Source: Vulcanimicrobiota bacterium
GTDB taxonomy: Bacteria > Vulcanimicrobiota > Vulcanimicrobiia > Vulcanimicrobiales > Vulcanimicrobiaceae
Direction of reading: 5' to 3'
Length of the DNA: 11,988 nucleotides
NCBI GenBank assembly: GCA_003133025.1
Contig: PKZK01000013.1
Location: 1-11,988, forward strand
Below are positions 8,390-11,988 of the stretch, piece by piece. The first letter of the stretch is position 1. The number at the start of each line of letters is the position of its first letter. A model generated the notes under the pieces. It saw only the letters and a program-made list of their open reading frames with translations, searched no databases and had not been told where the DNA came from. The position numbers and the translations under genes are program-made.

Positions 8390-9037
8390 ATGGGGGTTGC
8401 GCAGAGCGCGCCCGACGCGCTCGAGTACCACGAGCGCGCCGACGAAGATCTGGTCTCCGCCGCTAAGAGCGGGGACAACCTTGCCATGGAGTTCCTGCTC
8501 AACAAGTACAAGAACTTCGTGCGCATAAAGGCCAAGAGCTACTTCTTGATCGGAGCCGATCGCGAAGACATCATCCAAGAAGGCATGATCGGGCTCTACA
8601 AGGCCGTCCGCGACTTCAAAGCCGACAAACTTTCGAGCTTTCGGGCTTTCGCCGAGCTGTGTATCACCCGCCAGATCATCACGGCGATCAAGACCGCGAC
8701 GCGCCAGAAGCACATCCCGCTCAACCAGTACATCTCGCTGAACAAGCCGATCTACGATGAGGACAGTGAGCGGACGCTGCTCGACGTGATGGCCTCCCAG
8801 AAGACTTCTGATCCCGAGGAGTTGGTGATCAACCAAGAAGTCTCCGAGGACATCAAGGAGCGGATCCAAGAGAACCTCTCCGATTTGGAATCCCAGGTTC
8901 TGCTTTCTTACCTCGAGGGTAAGAGCTACCAGGAGATGGCCCGGGATCTCAACCGCCACGTCAAGTCGATCGACAACGCGCTGCAACGCGTCAAGCGGAA
9001 GATCGAGAAGAACTTGGCCGAGATCGAGCTGCCCTAG
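8390..9037 (+). CDS. sigH: RNA polymerase sigma factor SigH (Spo0H family)
   Basis: KYKNFVRIKAKSYFLIGADREDIIQEGMIGLYKAVRDF, SFRAFAELCITRQIITAIKTATRQKHIPLN and KSIDNALQRVKRK are hallmark SigH sequences. Its position downstream of cysS-rlmB is also typical. Confidence 0.95.
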   Translation: MGVAQSAPDALEYHERADEDLVSAAKSGDNLAMEFLLNKYKNFVRIKAKSYFLIGADREDIIQEGMIGLYKAVRDFKADKLSSFRAFAELCITRQIITAIKTATRQKHIPLNQYISLNKPIYDEDSERTLLDVMASQKTSDPEELVINQEVSEDIKERIQENLSDLESQVLLSYLEGKSYQEMARDLNRHVKSIDNALQRVKRKIEKNLAEIELP

Positions 9038-9073
9038 CTCCTCGATTCCGAGCCAAAGGACACGAATGATCAA

Positions 9074-9101
9074 CAAGGGGGCGCCGCAAGGCGTCCCCTT
9101 G
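9074..9101. terminator. Stable hairpin after sigH (terminator or processing/stabilising stem)
   Basis: CAAGGGGGCGCC-GCAA-GGCGTCCCCTTG: 12-bp stem with one G-U pair and a GNRA loop. The U-tail is weak. Confidence 0.55.
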
Positions 9102-9156
9102 GAATGTCCGGGCCCGGATGGGTGTGTGGCCGGGAGACGCGGAAGAGGCGTGGGGC

Positions 9157-9229
9157 GCCGACGTAGCTCAGTTGGTAGAGCACCTGCCTTGTAAGCAGGG
9201 GGTCAGCGGTTCAAGCCCGCTCGTCGGCT
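9157..9229 (+). tRNA. tRNA-Thr(UGU)
   Basis: Acceptor GCCGACG/CGTCGGC, D-arm GCTCAGTTGGTAGAGC, anticodon arm CCTGC-CT-TGT-AA-GCAGG, T-loop TTCAAGC. CCA is not encoded. Confidence 0.96.
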
Positions 9230-9428
9230 CAGTTCTTTCGTACGCTCGTGGTGCGCCCGCGTTCCCGGTGCGCTGTGAGTGCCAACGCGATTGCCGCGAG
9301 CCACGCGAACGGTAACGTTTCTCAGCTGAACGAGGCCGTGAGGCGTCCTGCGTCCCTCAGCGGGGCCAATTACGCTCGTCAGTAGCCAACCGGTGACTTA
9401 GGTCCGCCGAAGTACGGCCGAAAAAGGG

Positions 9429-9434
9429 TATACT
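9429..9434 (+). promoter_or_regulatory. Possible -10 element for the two small ORFs
   Basis: TATACT in an AT-rich patch (AAAAAGGGTATACTAACAT). No recognisable -35. Confidence 0.4.
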
Positions 9435-9491
9435 AACATATGAAAGACCAGCGTCGGCCCGCTCTTGCAGGCCCCGCAGGCTGTGAAACCC

Positions 9492-9665
9492 ATGAAGAAC
9501 CTCGTTCCCTTCCCGAAGCGTACCCGTTCGGCCGAGCCCGGCAACGAGGATTTGCGCGCCGCGATAGCCGTCCTCCGGGAAGTCGTGGGTCAACTCAGCG
9601 AGCGCGTCGAAGTGTTAGAGGCTCGCGCCGCGCTCGGCGCGGTCAGCGTCCCGGTCAAGAGCTAA
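9492..9665 (+). CDS. Small hypothetical protein (57 aa) with a coiled-coil-like core
   Basis: MKNLVPFPKR...DLRAAIAVLREVVGQLSERVEVLEARAAL shows a heptad pattern and GC-rich third positions. The SD is weak. Confidence 0.6.
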   Translation: MKNLVPFPKRTRSAEPGNEDLRAAIAVLREVVGQLSERVEVLEARAALGAVSVPVKS

Positions 9666-9736
9666 GACCGAGCCGTTCGGGCACTGCGTCCGGCGTTTGC
9701 CGCGGCGCTCTCGGTTTTCGACCGAAGGAAACGCAC

Positions 9737-9958
9737 ATGCGGAAAATTGCAGACAAGTTCCAAAAACGCGACGCGACGATCGTGCTCAAGGGCATGGAGC
9801 GCATCGACCGCTGGATTTCCGAGGTCCAAGAGGACCGCGTGATCACCTATCCGGTCGGCGCTGCGTTGCTCACCCCGTCTGCGCGCCGGTTCCGCGAACC
9901 GGTCCGTTATTCGCAGATGCTCTCGATCGTCGAACTGGACCCGAAGCCGGTCCTTTAG
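9737..9958 (+). CDS. Small hypothetical protein (73 aa), possible Sm/LSm-like beta-barrel
   Basis: AAGGA SD at 9725-9729 and ATG at 9737. Sequence MRKIADKFQKRDATIVLKGMERIDRWISEVQEDRVITY...EPVRYSQMLSIVEL; codon usage matches the neighbouring genes. Confidence 0.7.
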   Translation: MRKIADKFQKRDATIVLKGMERIDRWISEVQEDRVITYPVGAALLTPSARRFREPVRYSQMLSIVELDPKPVL

Positions 9959-9967
9959 GCTGCGGCC

Positions 9968-11161
9968 TCAGCGGCGGCGGCGCGGCGCTTGGTGCGTCGT
10001 CCGCCGTTGCTGCGGCGCCGCTTGCGGCACGAAAGCCTTCTCGGGCAATTCCGGCGTCTTGGCGCGATCGATGCGCCGGCCCAGCTTGCGCTCGATCTGC
10101 GCGAAGAACTGCTCTTCCTCGCGGGAGACGAAGGTTATCGCATCGCCCGTCGCCTGCGCTCGCGCGGTGCGTCCGATGCGGTGGATGTAATCTTCGGGAA
10201 CCAGCGGCACGTCGAAGTTGACGACGTGGCCGAGTTCGACGATATCGATGCCGCGCGCCGCGATGTCCGTTGCGACCAGCACGCGATACTTACCGCGTTT
10301 GAAGTCGGCAAGCGCCCGCGTGCGCTGCGCCTGCGAGCGATCGCCGTGGATGCGCTCCGAAGGCACGTTGTTCTTGGCGAGCAGCGTCGCAAGGCGGTTT
10401 GCGCGCGCCTTGGTGCGCGTAAACGCGATCGCGCTGTAAATCGCATTGTCCTTGAGCAGCTCGAGCAGCAGATCGCCCTTGCGGTCTTGATTAACGCTGT
10501 AAATCGTCTGCGCGATGCCCTCGGCGGGCGCGCCCTGGACGACGAGATCGATGCGTACGGGATCGTGCAGCATCTCGCGGGCCAGCACTGCAACCGGCGG
10601 CGGGATCGTCGCCGAGAAGAAGAAGCCTTGGCGCTTGGCGGGCAGCATCTTGAGGATGCGGCGCACGGTGGGCAAGAAGCCCATGTCCAGCATCCGGTCT
10701 GCTTCGTCGAGCACGAGATACGCGATGTCGTCGAAGCGCGCCGTGCCCTGACCGGCGTGATCGAGCAGGCGACCCGGGGTGGCCACGATGATGTCGGTGC
10801 CGCGCTTGAAGGCGGCGGCCTGGGCGCCGAAGCTGACGCCGCCGAAGACGGCCGCGACGCTCACCTTGGTGTGCTTGGCCAGCGCCTGCAGGTGCTCGGC
10901 GATCTGGGCGGCCAGTTCGCGGGTGGGCGCCAGGATCAGCGCGCGAGTCTTGCCGCGAGGCAGTTGCGCCAGCGCGTCGATCAGCGGCAGGCCGAATGCG
11001 GCCGATTTGCCGCTACCGGTGGCGGCGCTGGCGAGGATGTCTTTGCCTTCGAGCGCGGGCGGAATGGCTGCGGCCTGGACCGGCGTGGGCTCGGTGAAGC
11101 CGAGTTCGCGGATCGCGCGCAGCAGCGCCGGCTGAAGGTTCAGTTGGTCGAACGAGGTCAA
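9968..11161 (-). CDS. DEAD-box ATP-dependent RNA helicase (RhlE-like)
   Basis: Q-motif GFTEPTPVQ, ATGSGKS, PTRELA, TPGRL, DEAD, SAT, HGDRSQAQR, ARGID and HRIGRTARA, with a short basic tail. Likely TTG start at 11161 (MTSFDQLNL) after GAGAG. Confidence 0.93.
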   Translation of the reverse strand: MTSFDQLNLQPALLRAIRELGFTEPTPVQAAAIPPALEGKDILASAATGSGKSAAFGLPLIDALAQLPRGKTRALILAPTRELAAQIAEHLQALAKHTKVSVAAVFGGVSFGAQAAAFKRGTDIIVATPGRLLDHAGQGTARFDDIAYLVLDEADRMLDMGFLPTVRRILKMLPAKRQGFFFSATIPPPVAVLAREMLHDPVRIDLVVQGAPAEGIAQTIYSVNQDRKGDLLLELLKDNAIYSAIAFTRTKARANRLATLLAKNNVPSERIHGDRSQAQRTRALADFKRGKYRVLVATDIAARGIDIVELGHVVNFDVPLVPEDYIHRIGRTARAQATGDAITFVSREEEQFFAQIERKLGRRIDRAKTPELPEKAFVPQAAPQQRRTTHQAPRRRR

Positions 11162-11228
11162 GTTGGGCTCTCTCAAATGTGCGCGAGTCGGTCGCTCATC
11201 GAAAGAACCGCGCGGTGTATGACACCTG

Positions 11229-11257
11229 AGTATCGCACGTTCCGGGTCGCCCGTCAA
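11229..11257 (-). promoter_or_regulatory. Sigma70/SigA-type promoter of the DEAD-box helicase
   Basis: On the - strand: TTGACG (11257-11252), 17-nt spacer ending in TGc, GATACT (11234-11229). Confidence 0.65.
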
Positions 11258-11369
11258 ACCGGCAGGCGTTTGTCCGGCCTCGCTCGTGTCGGCTCCGACG
11301 AGCTTGGGCAGCCGACAAGGACCTGGGGCGGCGTTCCCGTATCCTTGGGACGCTGGTCCGGACCGGTTT

Positions 11370-11457
11370 GGGTAGGTGGTCGAGTGGTTAAAGGCACCGG
11401 ACTGTAAATTCGGCGCGCGAAAGCGCTACGCAGGTTCGAATCCTGCCCTGCCCACCA
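11370..11457 (+). tRNA. tRNA-Tyr(GUA)
   Basis: Acceptor GGGTAGG/CCTGCCC, anticodon GTA at 11404-11406, long variable arm GCGC-GAAA-GCGC, GGTTCGAATCC, ends in ACCA. Confidence 0.96.
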
Positions 11458-11464
11458 GTCCGCC

Positions 11465-11538
11465 GCGGGCGTTGCATAATGGTAATGCCTCTGCCTTCCA
11501 AGCAGAAGTTGCGAGTTCGATTCTCGCCGCCCGCTCCA
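11465..11538 (+). tRNA. tRNA-Gly(UCC)
   Basis: Acceptor GCGGGCG/CGCCCGC, anticodon arm TCTGC-CT-TCC-AA-GCAGA, GTTCGATTC, ends in TCCA. Confidence 0.96.
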
Positions 11539-11674
11539 GGTGATTTTCCGAAAAAGCCTGTGGTTATGGGATCGAGCTAAAACCGCTGAGCGACGCCCGG
11601 ACCGCGCAGCCTTGAACGTGCGACTCCGTCCAACTCATACTGAGCGCGATGCTGTCTTTCTGAACAACTCGACT

Positions 11675-11988
11675 ACGCTGTGAGGCTCCATCGATTTCAG
11701 CGATGACGCGGGCCGGCTTGGCCCATATCGCGGCAGAATTCGACGGTTGGGAACCGCAACTCACCGAACTTGAACCAGTCTTCCGGCTTGTCCAAGGCTA
11801 CATACGTGTGCAGCGTTCCGCTAGCATAGCGGTACGCCAGAATTCCTTTGCCCGGAGCAAGGGCCATGAGCGGTCTACTGCCTATCGCATCCGCGCTGGG
11901 TTTGTGGCGCGAGTCGCCGTCGAGGAGGAACGTTTCGATGAACGAGATGCCTGTGTAAGCGGGCTTCGCATCCGAGAGAAGTGGGCGC
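11675..11988 (-). pseudogene. Disrupted FAD-dependent monooxygenase (TetX-like), 5' part outside the window
   Basis: The - strand from 11987 reads [72 protein letters not shown]. The expected continuation (SIDFSD...[20 protein letters not shown]) is on the + strand at 11684-11771. The C-terminal half is missing. Not in the ORF track. Confidence 0.7.

Noticed and set aside
8155..8466. GGAGGA (8145-8150) followed by ATG 8155, opening MQACSFPHGGHPEIG... (part of ORF 8014..8466)
   Set aside because: The SD-ATG spacing is only 4 nt, and the frame runs through the terminator, the sigH promoter and into sigH. The composition is not protein-like. Not fully excluded without Ribo-seq.
9440..9736. Leaderless 172-aa ORF starting at ATG 9440, 5 nt after TATACT
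   Set aside because: The first 99 codons are Arg/Gly/Pro-rich off-frame-like sequence overlapping the better 9492-9665 ORF, and ATG 9737 has a good SD.
11162..11257. N-terminal extension of the helicase from TTG 11257
   Set aside because: That TTG is the -35 hexamer of the predicted promoter, and family similarity begins at TSFDQLNL.
11317..11345. Promoter for tRNA-Tyr/Gly (TATCCT at 11340-11345; AAGGAC upstream resembling a SigH -35)
   Set aside because: There is no good SigA -35 and no GAAT -10 for SigH, so it is too weak to call.
11564..11764. 66-aa ORF on the - strand
   Set aside because: It spans the inverted pseudogene fragment and has no SD or recognisable features.
1..11988. CRISPR arrays, IS elements, integrases or tandem repeats
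   Set aside because: I saw no regularly spaced repeats, terminal inverted repeats, or transposase/integrase motifs.

Overview
High-GC bacterial window built on a Bacillota-like housekeeping cluster, read on the + strand: hemW (5'-truncated) - PIN/TRAM membrane protein (yacL) - ispD - ispF - stand-alone GluRS anticodon-binding-domain protein in the gltX slot - cysE - cysS - rlmB, then sigH and tRNA-Thr(UGU). tRNA-Tyr(GUA) and tRNA-Gly(UCC) follow about 2.1 kb later. Four departures from the textbook cluster stand out. (1) A CysL-like LysR gene (- strand) diverges from an apparently non-coding, structured ~235-nt transcription unit that has its own sigma70-type promoter, a LysR-type inverted repeat over its -35, and an intrinsic terminator. 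(2) gltX is reduced to its C-terminal helical domain. (3) Two small ORFs (one possibly Sm/Hfq-fold) and a DEAD-box helicase split the Thr-Tyr-Gly tRNA cluster. (4) Right after tRNA-Gly lies a TetX-like FAD monooxygenase pseudogene broken by an ~88-bp internal inversion. All family calls come from motif recognition by eye; no searches were run.
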